A stretch of DNA of 32,000 bases, from assembly GCA_965250005.1 (NCBI GenBank), contig OZ252279.1, forward strand, positions 690,001 to 722,000, written 5' to 3'. The translations under genes and the position numbers were made by a program. Shown here one piece after another: positions 9,241-18,561 of the stretch (positions within the stretch are counted from its first letter, which is position 1; every line of letters begins with the position of its first letter). The notes beneath the pieces were generated by a model, which searched no databases, had not been told where the DNA came from, and was given only the letters and a program-made list of their open reading frames with translations. The stretch comes from Demequinaceae bacterium. GTDB lineage: Bacteria > Actinomycetota > Actinomycetes > Actinomycetales > Demequinaceae.

Positions 9241-9666
9241 CTACTTCTGCCTGCCCTTTTCCACCAGGTGCGTCGCGGTCCAACGCGCGGACGCCACGAA
9301 AGTGGACGTTGCGTGGAGACCGGAAAGCGATGAGCCTTCCTCAATGTCGCGCTGCTCAACATGGCCGTCGAGTCCAGCCTTGGGCGTCAGCAACCAGACG
9401 GCGCCGCCGCCCTCGAGCAGGGACTGAACATCCATGAGGAGATCCGCTAGGTCGTCGTCTCCGTCACGGAACCAGACCAGCGCGGCGTCGGTAACGTCGC
9501 CATAGTCTTCGTCGACGAGAGTCGCGCCTGTGGCCTCAAGACCCGCGCGCAACGCGTCGTCCGAGTCGTCGTCATACAGGAACTCCTGGACAACGAGACC
9601 CTTGCTAAGCATGAATCGCGCCAGGATCGCAGGGTCTGCGGCCTCCGCGCCCTTCTTCTGTGCCAC
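9241..9666 (-). CDS. DUF3052 family protein
   Basis: GTG start VAQKKGAEAADPAILARFMLSKGLVVQEFLYDDDSDDALRAGLEATGATLVDEDYGDVTDAALVWFRDGDDDLADLLMD..., the typical actinobacterial DUF3052 pattern. Confidence 0.75.
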   Translation of the reverse strand: MAQKKGAEAADPAILARFMLSKGLVVQEFLYDDDSDDALRAGLEATGATLVDEDYGDVTDAALVWFRDGDDDLADLLMDVQSLLEGGGAVWLLTPKAGLDGHVEQRDIEEGSSLSGLHATSTFVASARWTATHLVEKGRQK

Positions 9667-9831
9667 GGTTCCGAGGCCCCTTTCAAACGTTGGATCGCAC
9701 AAAATGTGCGGTTGTCACCACAGTAGAGGCACCTGGGCGGCGTCGCAACGCACTTTATGCGGTAGGGGCTGGCGTGACATTCCGCCGTCTTGTCGCAAGA
9801 ATGGGTCGGTTGGCGGAACACCGCCGCACCT

Positions 9832-12585
9832 ATGACTACGCGGCGCACCACCCACGCGCCCCCCGGAGGCCACGCGCTCGTGACACCCCTGAACGAGGCT
9901 GACAGCGATCCACAGGAAACAGCCGAGTGGCTCGAGTCCCTCGATGGACTCATCAAGGCGGGCGGACCAGCCCGCGCGGAGAACATTCTCACCGCCCTGA
10001 TTGAGCACGCTGCGAGCCAGCAGCTGAGTCTTCCTCTCAACCTCAACACTCCGTACATCAACTCGATCGACGTGGACGACGAGCCCGTCTATCCGGGCGA
10101 CGAGCTGCTTGAACGCCGGTACCGCGGGTGGATCCGCTGGAACGCCGCGGTCATGGTCACGCGCGCGCAAGCCGCCGGCAAGGGCGTCGGAGGGCACATC
10201 TCGTCCTACGCCTCCGTTGCCACTCTCTACGAAGTTGGCCTCAACCACTTCTTCCGAGGCAAGAATCACCCCGGAGGCGGCGACCAAATCTATTTCCAGG
10301 GGCACGCGGCGCCGGGCGTCTACGCCCGCGCTCTAGTCGAGGGCCGGCTCACGGAGCAGGACCTCGACTCCTTCAGGCAAGAAAAGTCCGGCCCTGGCCG
10401 TGGTCTCAGCAGTTACCCGCACCCGCGGCTCATGCCCGACCTCTGGGAGTTCCCCACGGTCTCTATGGGGCTTGGGCCCGCATCGGCGATCTACCAAGCG
10501 TGGACCAACCGCTACCTGCACCTGCGTGGCATCAAGGACACCTCCGAACAGCACGTATGGGCATACTTAGGCGACGGCGAAATGGACGAGCCCGAAAGCC
10601 GCGGCATGCTGCAGTTAGCCGCAAACCAGGGCCTCGACAACCTCACTTTCGTGGTGAACTGCAACCTTCAGCGCCTCGACGGCCCCGTGCGTGGAAACGG
10701 CAAGATCATCCAGGAACTCGAGGCGTACTTCCGCGGAGCGGGCTGGAACGTGATCAAGGTTGTGTGGGGTCGCAACTGGGATCCGCTGCTAGCGCGCGAC
10801 AAGGACGGCGCACTCGTCAACCTTATGAATACCGTCCCCGACGGCGACTTCCAGACGTACCGCGCTGAATCCGGCGCATTCATCCGCGACCACTTTTTTG
10901 GCGGCGACCCGCGTGCCAAAGAGCTCGTAGAGGACATGACAGACGACCAAATCTGGGCGCTGAAGCGCGGCGGCCACGACTACCAGAAACTGTACGCGGC
11001 ATACGCGAAGTCCGTGTCGAAGAATGGCAAGCCCACGGTCATTCTCGCGAAGACCGTCAAGGGTTACGGCCTCGGGACCAACTTCGCAGCCCGGAACTCC
11101 ACACACCAGATGAAAAAGCTGGCAGTCAACGACCTCAAAGTCATGCGCGACACGTTCAACATCCCGATCACCGATGCGCAGATCGAGGCAGATCCGTACA
11201 GCCCCCCATACTACGTGCCAGACATGAGCAGCCCTGAAATCCAGTACATGCTGGATCGCCGTCAGCAATTGGGCGGGTTTGTGCCCGAGCGACGCACCGA
11301 GGAAGCGCCCATCGCGCTACCCGCCGACGAGTCGTACGACATCCTCGCGAAGGGCTCCGGAAAGCAGCAGGTCGCCACAACCCAGGCCTTCGTGCGCCTA
11401 TTCAAGGACCTGGTCCGGGACAAGGAATTCGGCCATAGAGTGGTGCCGATCATTCCCGACGAGGCGCGTACGTTCGGCCTTGATTCCATCTTTCCGTCAG
11501 CCAAGATCTTTAACACGCGGGGTCAGAACTACCTGCCCGTTGACCGGGAACTGATGCTCAGTTACAAGGAGTCTGAGTCAGGGCAGATTATGCACACGGG
11601 GATCAACGAGGCGGGCTCTGCGGCTGCGTTCCAAGCCGTTGGGACCGCGTACTCGACGCACGGTGTTCCCATGGTCCCGTTCTACATCTTCTACTCGATG
11701 TTCGGGTTTCAGCGCACCGGTGACCAGTTCTGGGCGGCAGGCGACCAGCTCACGCGCGGGTTCATCATCGGCGCCACCGCCGGCCGCACCACGCTTACGG
11801 GCGAAGGCCTCCAGCACGCCGATGGCCACTCCCCCATCCTTGCGGGAACGAACACGGCGGTCGTGCAGTACGACCCCGCGTACGGCTACGAGATCCGCCA
11901 CATCGTCAAGGCGGGCATCGAGCGGATGTACGGCGGCAAGCACGAGGACCCGAGCGTCATGTACTACCTGACGGTCTACAACGAGCCGATGTCCCAGCCC
12001 GAGGAGCCCGCCGACGTAGACGTCGAAGGAATCCTCCAGGGCATCCACCGGGTTTCCACGGCCGACGGTGATGGGCCTCGCGCACAGATCCTCGCCTCCG
12101 GCGTCGCGGTGCCATGGGCATACGAGGCTCAGCAATTGCTCGCCGACGACTGGGGCGTGCGCGCAGACGTCTGGTCCGTCACTTCGTGGAACGAGTTGCG
12201 CCGCGAAGCGCTAGACGCAGAGGCCCACAACTTCCTGGAACCCGACCAAGAGCAGCGCGTGCCGTACCTGACGACCAAGCTTGCCGGGGCCGAGGGACCG
12301 TTTGTCGCCACCACGGACTTCGACCACCTAGTCCCCGACCAGGTGCGCGCGTGGATCCCGGGTGACTACGCGACGCTAGGCGCGGACGGCTACGGCTTCT
12401 CGGACACGCGCCAGGCCGCGCGCCGGTTCTTCAAGATTGACGGCCCGTCCACCGTGGCCCGCGTGCTCCAGAGCCTGGAAAAGCGTGGCGAGGTCCCCGC
12501 GCAAACTACAGCGAAAGCCATCGAGAAGTATGCGCTTCACGACGTCACCAAGGGTGCGTCGGGCAACTCAGGCGGCGACTCGTAG
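9832..12585 (+). CDS. aceE: Pyruvate dehydrogenase E1 component (homodimeric type)
   Basis: ORF 931 aa with [107 protein letters not shown]. Exact start (9832 ATG or 9880 GTG) uncertain. Confidence 0.96.
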   Translation: MTTRRTTHAPPGGHALVTPLNEADSDPQETAEWLESLDGLIKAGGPARAENILTALIEHAASQQLSLPLNLNTPYINSIDVDDEPVYPGDELLERRYRGWIRWNAAVMVTRAQAAGKGVGGHISSYASVATLYEVGLNHFFRGKNHPGGGDQIYFQGHAAPGVYARALVEGRLTEQDLDSFRQEKSGPGRGLSSYPHPRLMPDLWEFPTVSMGLGPASAIYQAWTNRYLHLRGIKDTSEQHVWAYLGDGEMDEPESRGMLQLAANQGLDNLTFVVNCNLQRLDGPVRGNGKIIQELEAYFRGAGWNVIKVVWGRNWDPLLARDKDGALVNLMNTVPDGDFQTYRAESGAFIRDHFFGGDPRAKELVEDMTDDQIWALKRGGHDYQKLYAAYAKSVSKNGKPTVILAKTVKGYGLGTNFAARNSTHQMKKLAVNDLKVMRDTFNIPITDAQIEADPYSPPYYVPDMSSPEIQYMLDRRQQLGGFVPERRTEEAPIALPADESYDILAKGSGKQQVATTQAFVRLFKDLVRDKEFGHRVVPIIPDEARTFGLDSIFPSAKIFNTRGQNYLPVDRELMLSYKESESGQIMHTGINEAGSAAAFQAVGTAYSTHGVPMVPFYIFYSMFGFQRTGDQFWAAGDQLTRGFIIGATAGRTTLTGEGLQHADGHSPILAGTNTAVVQYDPAYGYEIRHIVKAGIERMYGGKHEDPSVMYYLTVYNEPMSQPEEPADVDVEGILQGIHRVSTADGDGPRAQILASGVAVPWAYEAQQLLADDWGVRADVWSVTSWNELRREALDAEAHNFLEPDQEQRVPYLTTKLAGAEGPFVATTDFDHLVPDQVRAWIPGDYATLGADGYGFSDTRQAARRFFKIDGPSTVARVLQSLEKRGEVPAQTTAKAIEKYALHDVTKGASGNSGGDS

Positions 12586-12591
12586 CCCCTC

Positions 12592-12649
12592 GTCGCGCGT
12601 AGCGAACTGGGGACCCACCGTGAGGCGGGTCCCCAGTTCGCTGCGCGAC
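12592..12649. terminator. Long bidirectional terminator-like hairpin between convergent genes
   Basis: GTCGCGCGTAGCGAACTGGGGACCC-accgtgaggc-GGGTCCCCAGTTCGCTGCGCGAC. 23 paired bases with a 2-nt bulge. Confidence 0.7.
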
Positions 12650-12668
12650 GCTGTTCGCGTCTCGCCAT

Positions 12669-13634
12669 CTACTTCTTTGCAGGCGGCTTCTTGGCTGCCG
12701 GTTTCTTGGCTGCCTGCTTGGACGGCGCCGCCGACTTCCCGTCCGCAGCGTCCTCCGACCCCTTGTTGGAGCCCGCAGTGGCTGCCTTGCCACCCGCGGC
12801 TGCTGCAGCGGCTACCGCCGCCACCTCAGCGTTGCCGAGCTTGCGAATGCGGCACACCGGAATCATCCGGATAATCAACGTGATTACGAGGCTGCCGAAG
12901 ATACCCCAGAGGGTGATCAGTATCCAACCTGAGAAGAGACTCTCAGGCTCGAGGACCAACCAAGCGTCGAGGTCGCAGGTGCCGTCACTAGACGTAATAT
13001 TTCCCGTCATGTGGATCAGCCCTGAGACATCTACGCGCGTGTAGTCGTAGATGGTTTCGCTTTCGACCGCGACATCGATGATGCCACCGTCATTGGGGCT
13101 TCGTCCCTCGTTACTCTCGCCCTTGCTCCACACCTGAAGGTTAAACCCAGCGAATTCGACGGCAATCCATCCGGTCCAATCTTCGAAGGGGCCGGGAGTA
13201 GAGCCTTCCCACTCGATTGCGCCACCCCTGTCAATCATCATCGGATTGCTCGCCGATGTGGTCTTGGGCGTCGCCGCGTCGAGCGGGAGCCCCAGCCCAT
13301 CGGTGGAAATGCCCGCTACGGTGCACCCTCCCGTGAGGTCGCCGTTCGCGTTGTGCGCGGGCGCCCCCACGCCCGCCCAAACGATCATGAGCGCGGCGAG
13401 CACCATCACGGAAATGAATTTGGCCGACTTCATGACTGTCGTGAGCATCAGTGAACCCACGAGGATTCCGAGGCCTAGCAGGCCCCAGACCACCAACTGC
13501 GTGGGCGCGACGATCGCGCCAATCCACAGAATTAGCACGAGGACGAGGGCGGCGGACCCTCCCAATACTGCGCCGAGGATCGGCTTGCCTGTCTTTGCTT
13601 CCACGTTGAAGCTCCCTCCCATAAGGTGTTTCAA
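12669..13634 (-). CDS. Membrane protein, possibly DUF4436-like, with Lys/Ala/Pro-rich C-terminal tail (hypothetical)
   Basis: ORF track 321 aa. N-terminal TM cluster, extracytoplasmic domain, two C-terminal TM segments, ending KQAAKKPAAKKPPAKK. Confidence 0.65.
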   Translation of the reverse strand: MKHLMGGSFNVEAKTGKPILGAVLGGSAALVLVLILWIGAIVAPTQLVVWGLLGLGILVGSLMLTTVMKSAKFISVMVLAALMIVWAGVGAPAHNANGDLTGGCTVAGISTDGLGLPLDAATPKTTSASNPMMIDRGGAIEWEGSTPGPFEDWTGWIAVEFAGFNLQVWSKGESNEGRSPNDGGIIDVAVESETIYDYTRVDVSGLIHMTGNITSSDGTCDLDAWLVLEPESLFSGWILITLWGIFGSLVITLIIRMIPVCRIRKLGNAEVAAVAAAAAAGGKAATAGSNKGSEDAADGKSAAPSKQAAKKPAAKKPPAKK

Positions 13635-13667
13635 CGCTAGTCATCCGGCGGCGACGCGGCTAGTGGT

Positions 13668-13684
13668 TTGTGGATTTCCCACAA
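13668..13684. promoter_or_regulatory. 17-bp palindrome upstream of the PucR-type regulator (candidate operator)
   Basis: TTGTGG-ATTTC-CCACAA, 21 bp before the regulator ATG. Confidence 0.5.
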
Positions 13685-13704
13685 GCGGCACCTATGCTGA
13701 TCAG

Positions 13705-14874
13705 ATGGCAACAGCAGACATGCGCACGGAAACGCTGCGGCGCCTCAAAAGCGGAACCGGCGTTCTGTCCACTGCAGCGATCAAGAGCCTCGACTCAGAC
13801 TTCATCTGGTTTCGCGAGTTGCCAGCGCGAGAGCGATCCTGGGTGGGAACGGTGGCCCAGGCCGGCATCAATGCGTTTGTCGAGTGGTACGCGAATCCGA
13901 AGGAAGTGGGCAGAGGCGCCAGTGAGGTGTTTGCCGCCGCACCGCCCGAACTCACCCGCTCGATCTCGCTCCAGCACACCCTGAGCATCGTCCGTACTGT
14001 TGTGAAAGTCGTCGAGGATCACTCCGACGACTTTGCTTCTCCGGGGACCGAAGCCCAGTTGAGGGAGGCAATCCTGCGCTATTCGCGCGAGATCGCATTC
14101 TCTGCCGCCGAGGTCTACGCGCGAGCCGCGGAGTCTCGCGGAGCCTGGGATGCGCGCCTTGAGGCTCTCGTGGTCGACGCCCTGGTTCGTGGCGAGATCA
14201 CGGACGATCTGCCATCTCGTGCGGCCGCTCTCGGGTGGAAACCGGGCCCAACCGTGGTGATGGTTGGCCTCACGGACGGCGCGCTTGGGGAAATCCAGTC
14301 AGCGGAATTGCGCCGGACCATTCGGCGGGTGGCTCGCGGGGCTCTTGTTGGAATACATGGCGAGGACCTTGTGGTGATCGCGCGCACCGACGCCGAACTC
14401 GATGAGATCACCGAATCGCTGCTGCCGTCGTTCGGCCCGGGGCCAGTGGTGATCGGTCCTCCGGCCGTGAGCCTGGTTGAGGTCGCCCACTCCACGCGTG
14501 CCGCCCTCGCTGGAGTGGTGGCCGCGCCCGCGTGGTCCCTCGCGCCGCGGCCCGCGAACGCGGATGACCTTCTGCCCGAGCGCGTCCTCGTGGGCGACGC
14601 GAGCGCTCGCGGCCGGTTGATCGATGTCGCATATGACCCCATCCTTCAGGCCGGTGGTTCACTCAAGGAGACCATCGGCACGTTCCTGGATTGCGGGCGG
14701 TCCCTGGAACTCGCCTCACGGACGATGTTCGTGCACGCCAATACCGTCCGGTATCGCCTAAAGAAGGTTAGCGACTTGACGGGCTGGGACGCCCTGAATA
14801 CGCGGGACGCACACGTGCTTTCCACGGCTTTTGCCCTGGGCCGCCTGCGCGACTCGAGCCACGCTCCGTTGTAG
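13705..14874 (+). CDS. PucR-type helix-turn-helix transcriptional regulator (FasR-like)
   Basis: C-terminal HTH_30-like ...TIGTFLDCGRSLELASRTMFVHANTVRYRLKKVSDLTGWDALNTRDAHVLSTAFALGRL; located directly before fabD-fabH-acpP-fabF as in Streptomyces fasR. Confidence 0.85.
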   Translation: MATADMRTETLRRLKSGTGVLSTAAIKSLDSDFIWFRELPARERSWVGTVAQAGINAFVEWYANPKEVGRGASEVFAAAPPELTRSISLQHTLSIVRTVVKVVEDHSDDFASPGTEAQLREAILRYSREIAFSAAEVYARAAESRGAWDARLEALVVDALVRGEITDDLPSRAAALGWKPGPTVVMVGLTDGALGEIQSAELRRTIRRVARGALVGIHGEDLVVIARTDAELDEITESLLPSFGPGPVVIGPPAVSLVEVAHSTRAALAGVVAAPAWSLAPRPANADDLLPERVLVGDASARGRLIDVAYDPILQAGGSLKETIGTFLDCGRSLELASRTMFVHANTVRYRLKKVSDLTGWDALNTRDAHVLSTAFALGRLRDSSHAPL

Positions 14875-14885
14875 GAAACCTACAA
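14869..14885. promoter_or_regulatory. 17-bp palindrome upstream of fabD, overlapping the regulator stop codon (candidate operator)
   Basis: TTGTAGG-AAA-CCTACAA, same size and similar half-sites to the palindrome at 13668-13684. Confidence 0.55.
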
Positions 14886-14951
14886 AACTTGGGGTAGACG
14901 TTAGCGTACGCGGCGTGAGCGATGCGGCCCAGTGTCATGCACGCTTGTTAC

Positions 14952-15866
14952 ATGCTTGCAGTCGTTTGCCCTGGACAGGGCGCACAAGCCCCCGGAATGC
15001 TCTCCTCCTGGCTCGAGATCCCTGAGATCGCCGAGCGCCTCGGAGCGCTATCCGAGGCGGCACACATTGACGTCGTCGCGCACGGAACCACGTCGGACGC
15101 CGATGCTATCCGCCACACGGCGATCGCGCAGCCCTTGCTGGTCGCCACGGCGATTGCCACGGGCCGCTCGCTCCTCGACGACACCGCGCCCGCGATTTCG
15201 GCGGGCCACTCCGTTGGAGAGCTGGGCGCGGCCGCACTGGCGGGCGTGATCAGCGACAGCGACGCCATGCTCCTAGTCTCCGTGCGGGCCAACGCCATGG
15301 CTTCGGCCGCCGCGTCGAGTGAGGCCACATCGATGGCCGCGGTACTTGGCGGCGACCCCGACCACGTGGCCACCGCGATCGCACTGCACGGCCTCACGCT
15401 CGCGAACGTGAATGGCGGTGGGCAAGTGGTCGCGGCGGGTGCCAAGGCCGCGATCGACGCGCTGGTTGACGCACCCCCCGAGAAGACGCGTGTCATCGAG
15501 CTGCAGGTCGCAGGAGCGTTCCACACGTCCTACATGGCATCTGCCGTTGACGCTCTAGGCGCTGCCGCGCGCGACATTGAGCGTCGTGATCCCCCGCGAG
15601 CGCTGCTGTCCAACGCCGATGGCACCCGCGTGATCGATGGCACGGACGCAATCGCGCGCATTGTGAATCAGGTCTCAAGCCCCGTGCGCTGGGACCTCTG
15701 CCAAGAAACAATGATCGACATGGGCGTCACCGCCCTGATTGAACTCGCGCCTGGCGGAGTACTCACCGGACTGGCCAAGCGCAGCATGAAGGGCATCCCA
15801 GCAGTTGCCCTCAAGTCGCCCGCGGATCTCGATGCCGCCCGAGAACTCCTGGAGCTCCACGCATGA
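14952..15866 (+). CDS. fabD: ACP S-malonyltransferase
   Basis: MLAVVCPGQGAQAPGM..., ISAGHSVGELGAAALAGV, VAGAFHTSYM. ORF could start at 14922, 14937 or 14952. Confidence 0.92.
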   Translation: MLAVVCPGQGAQAPGMLSSWLEIPEIAERLGALSEAAHIDVVAHGTTSDADAIRHTAIAQPLLVATAIATGRSLLDDTAPAISAGHSVGELGAAALAGVISDSDAMLLVSVRANAMASAAASSEATSMAAVLGGDPDHVATAIALHGLTLANVNGGGQVVAAGAKAAIDALVDAPPEKTRVIELQVAGAFHTSYMASAVDALGAAARDIERRDPPRALLSNADGTRVIDGTDAIARIVNQVSSPVRWDLCQETMIDMGVTALIELAPGGVLTGLAKRSMKGIPAVALKSPADLDAARELLELHA

Positions 15867-16861
15867 CCACATTGAGCATCAACCGCGGGCCCGAGTTTTC
15901 GCGAATCCTCGGCCTAGGCGTCGCCCGCGGCGAGCAGGTCGTCCCCAACGAAGACATCGTCGGCCCGATCAACTCCTCTGACGAGTGGATCCGCCAACGC
16001 ACGGGCATCGCCACGCGCGTCCGCGCCAACGAAGATACATCGGTGCTGGACCTTGCCGAGCGGGCATCCGCGGACGCGATCGCGGCTTCCGGGATTTCCG
16101 CCGACGAGGTCGACACAGTCATTTTGTCGACCATCACGTACCCCCACCAGACACCGGGCGGCGCGCCCATCCTCGCGGATCGCCTCGGGGCAGCTGACGC
16201 AGCCGCATACGACATCTCGGCGGCGTGCGCAGGCTACTGCTACGCGATCGGCCAGGCGGACGCCCTGGTGCGCTCGGGCAACTCGCAAAACGTGCTCGTG
16301 GTTGGCGCCGAGAAGATGAGCGACTTCATTGATCCGACCGACCGCTCCATCTCGTTTCTTCTAGGTGACGCGGCGGGCGCCGTCCTAATTGGCGCCTCTG
16401 ACACGCCCGGCATCGGCCCGACGGTGTGGGGATCCGACGGCTCGCAGTCGCACACGATCACGCAGACCAACTCGTGGATCGAGGTGCGCGACTCAGACGT
16501 CCCCTTCCCTACCTTGCAGCAGGAGGGCCTCACCGTATTCAAGTGGGCTTCGTTCAAGATGGCACCTATCGCGATGCAAGCCCTTGAGTCCGCTGGCGTC
16601 ACCCCGGACGACATTCAGGCATTTATCCCCCACCAGGCCAACATGCGCATCATCGACCAGATGATCAAGCAAATCGGGCTGCCCGACACGGTTGCGGTCG
16701 GCCGCGACATCGCTGACTCCGGCAACACGTCGGCGGCGTCAATCCCGCTCGCGACGGAACGGATGGTGCGCGAGGGAGCAGCGAAGTCAGGCGACCTCGC
16801 CCTACAGATCGGGTTTGGCGCGGGCCTCGTGTATGCCGCCCAAGTCATCGTCCTTCCGTAA
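15863..16861 (+). CDS. fabH: Beta-ketoacyl-ACP synthase III
   Basis: NSSDEWIRQRTGIATR, YDISAACAGYCYAI, IPHQANMRIIDQM, GNTSAASIPLA; start overlaps fabD stop. Confidence 0.95.
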   Translation: MTTLSINRGPEFSRILGLGVARGEQVVPNEDIVGPINSSDEWIRQRTGIATRVRANEDTSVLDLAERASADAIAASGISADEVDTVILSTITYPHQTPGGAPILADRLGAADAAAYDISAACAGYCYAIGQADALVRSGNSQNVLVVGAEKMSDFIDPTDRSISFLLGDAAGAVLIGASDTPGIGPTVWGSDGSQSHTITQTNSWIEVRDSDVPFPTLQQEGLTVFKWASFKMAPIAMQALESAGVTPDDIQAFIPHQANMRIIDQMIKQIGLPDTVAVGRDIADSGNTSAASIPLATERMVREGAAKSGDLALQIGFGAGLVYAAQVIVLP

Positions 16862-16922
16862 CCTATAAGTGTTCACATCAGAACTAGATGCTTAAGCATC
16901 ACCAACACAAGGAGAAAAACCC

Positions 16923-17171
16923 ATGGCTAAGTCCGAAAACGAGATCCTCGCGGGTCTCGCTGCAATTGTCGCTGAAGAGACCGGCCTCGACGCCGCGGAA
17001 GTGACGGGCGACAAGTCCTTCACCGACGACCTCGACATCGACTCGCTGTCCATGATGACTATCGTCACGCTCGCAGAAGAAGAGTTCGACGTGCGCATCC
17101 CCGACGAGGACGTGAAGAACCTCGTCACCGTCAACGACGCCGTTAAGTACATGACCGGCGCCCAGTCCTAA
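16923..17171 (+). CDS. acpP: Acyl carrier protein
   Basis: 82 aa with FTDDLDIDSLSMMTIVTLAEEEFDVRIPDEDVKNLVTV (phosphopantetheine DSL motif). Confidence 0.96.
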   Translation: MAKSENEILAGLAAIVAEETGLDAAEVTGDKSFTDDLDIDSLSMMTIVTLAEEEFDVRIPDEDVKNLVTVNDAVKYMTGAQS

Positions 17172-17204
17172 CTTCGATCAACCCTTAACCCACACGGAGA
17201 ACAC

Positions 17205-18440
17205 ATGACGAACGTCGTTGTCACTGGTCTTGGAGCCACCACGCCAATAGGCGGGGATGTCGCCTCGACCTGGGAGGGAGCCCTTGCCGGGAAGTCCGGC
17301 GTACGCACCCTCGAGAACGACTGGGCAGAGAAGTACGAGATCCCGGTTGGCTTTGCTGGCCAGGCTGCCGTTCTACCCGAGGAGGTCCTCACGCGCCCGG
17401 AAACTAAGCGCATGGACCCGTCTGCTCAATTCGCGATTGTCGCGACCCGTGAGGCTTGGGCCGACGCCGGCTCGCCCGAGGTAGACCCCGAGCGCCTTGG
17501 CGCAGTGGTGTCCTCGGGCATCGGCGGTGTCTGGACCCTGCTCAACGCGTGGGACACCATCAGGGAAAAGGGAGCCAGGCGTGTCTTGCCCATGTCCGTG
17601 CCCATGCTCATGCCCAACTCCCCTGCCGCATACGTGGAGCTGGAGATTGGGGCAAAGGCCGGTGCGCACGCACCAGTCTCGGCCTGCGCGTCAGGCGCGG
17701 AGGCCATCGCCACCGGCTACCGAATGATCATGGACGGCCGCGCGGACATCGTGGTTGCTGGCGGTACTGAGGCGGCGACGCACCCGGTGTGCCTCGCCAC
17801 CTTCGCTGCCATGCACGCACTATCCACGCGAAATGACGACCCTGCGACCGCGTCGCGCCCGTACGACGTCACGCGCGACGGCTTTGTCATGGGCGAGGGC
17901 TCCGGAATTCTGGTGCTCGAGTCGGAGGAGCACGCCAAAGCTCGCGGCGCGCGCATCTACGCGACACTCAGCGGCGTAGGCCTCACCTCCGACGCGCACC
18001 ACATAGCGGCTCCCGAGCCGAACGGCGACGGCCAAACGCGCGCCATGAGATTCGCCATCGAAGACGCCGGAGTTACAACGCAGGACATCGACCACATCAA
18101 CGCGCACGCCACGTCGACGCCGCTGGGCGACATGATCGAGGCACGTGCGATCAGAGGACTGCTCGGCTCGCACGCCGACCAGGTGCTTTTGAGCGCGACC
18201 AAGTCCATGACCGGCCACCTCCTGGGCGGGGCCGGCGCGGTCGAGTCGGTGTTCGTAATCAAGGCGCTCACCGAGCGCCTCGCGCCTCCGACCATCAACG
18301 TCTCCGAGGTCGAGCCTGAGCTTGCGGTGGACCTGGTTCGTGACAAGCCGCGCGAGCTTCACGACGGCGACCTCACGGCAATCAACAACTCGTTCGGGTT
18401 TGGTGGCCACAACGTCGCGCTGGTCTTCACAAGCGTGTAG
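17205..18440 (+). CDS. fabF: Beta-ketoacyl-ACP synthase II
   Basis: VVVTGLGATTPIGGD, ASACASGAEAIATGYR, NAHATSTPLGD, KSMTGHLLGGAGAVE, NNSFGFGGHN. Confidence 0.95.
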   Translation: MTNVVVTGLGATTPIGGDVASTWEGALAGKSGVRTLENDWAEKYEIPVGFAGQAAVLPEEVLTRPETKRMDPSAQFAIVATREAWADAGSPEVDPERLGAVVSSGIGGVWTLLNAWDTIREKGARRVLPMSVPMLMPNSPAAYVELEIGAKAGAHAPVSACASGAEAIATGYRMIMDGRADIVVAGGTEAATHPVCLATFAAMHALSTRNDDPATASRPYDVTRDGFVMGEGSGILVLESEEHAKARGARIYATLSGVGLTSDAHHIAAPEPNGDGQTRAMRFAIEDAGVTTQDIDHINAHATSTPLGDMIEARAIRGLLGSHADQVLLSATKSMTGHLLGGAGAVESVFVIKALTERLAPPTINVSEVEPELAVDLVRDKPRELHDGDLTAINNSFGFGGHNVALVFTSV

Positions 18441-18561
18441 CCGTTCGTCGTGCCGTAATCCTGGCGCACCGGTTGACTCGGCGGTATCGTAGCCAAGTTC
18501 GTCAATTCTGCTGAGGCAATGGCGCGCGTAGCGCCGATCCTCGACATCGCGAGGAGGAATC

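Noticed and set aside
13246-13704. N-terminal extension of the 542-aa ORF containing the PucR-type regulator
   Set aside because: Antisense to the minus-strand membrane protein gene. The regulator starts naturally at ATG 13705 after the palindrome.
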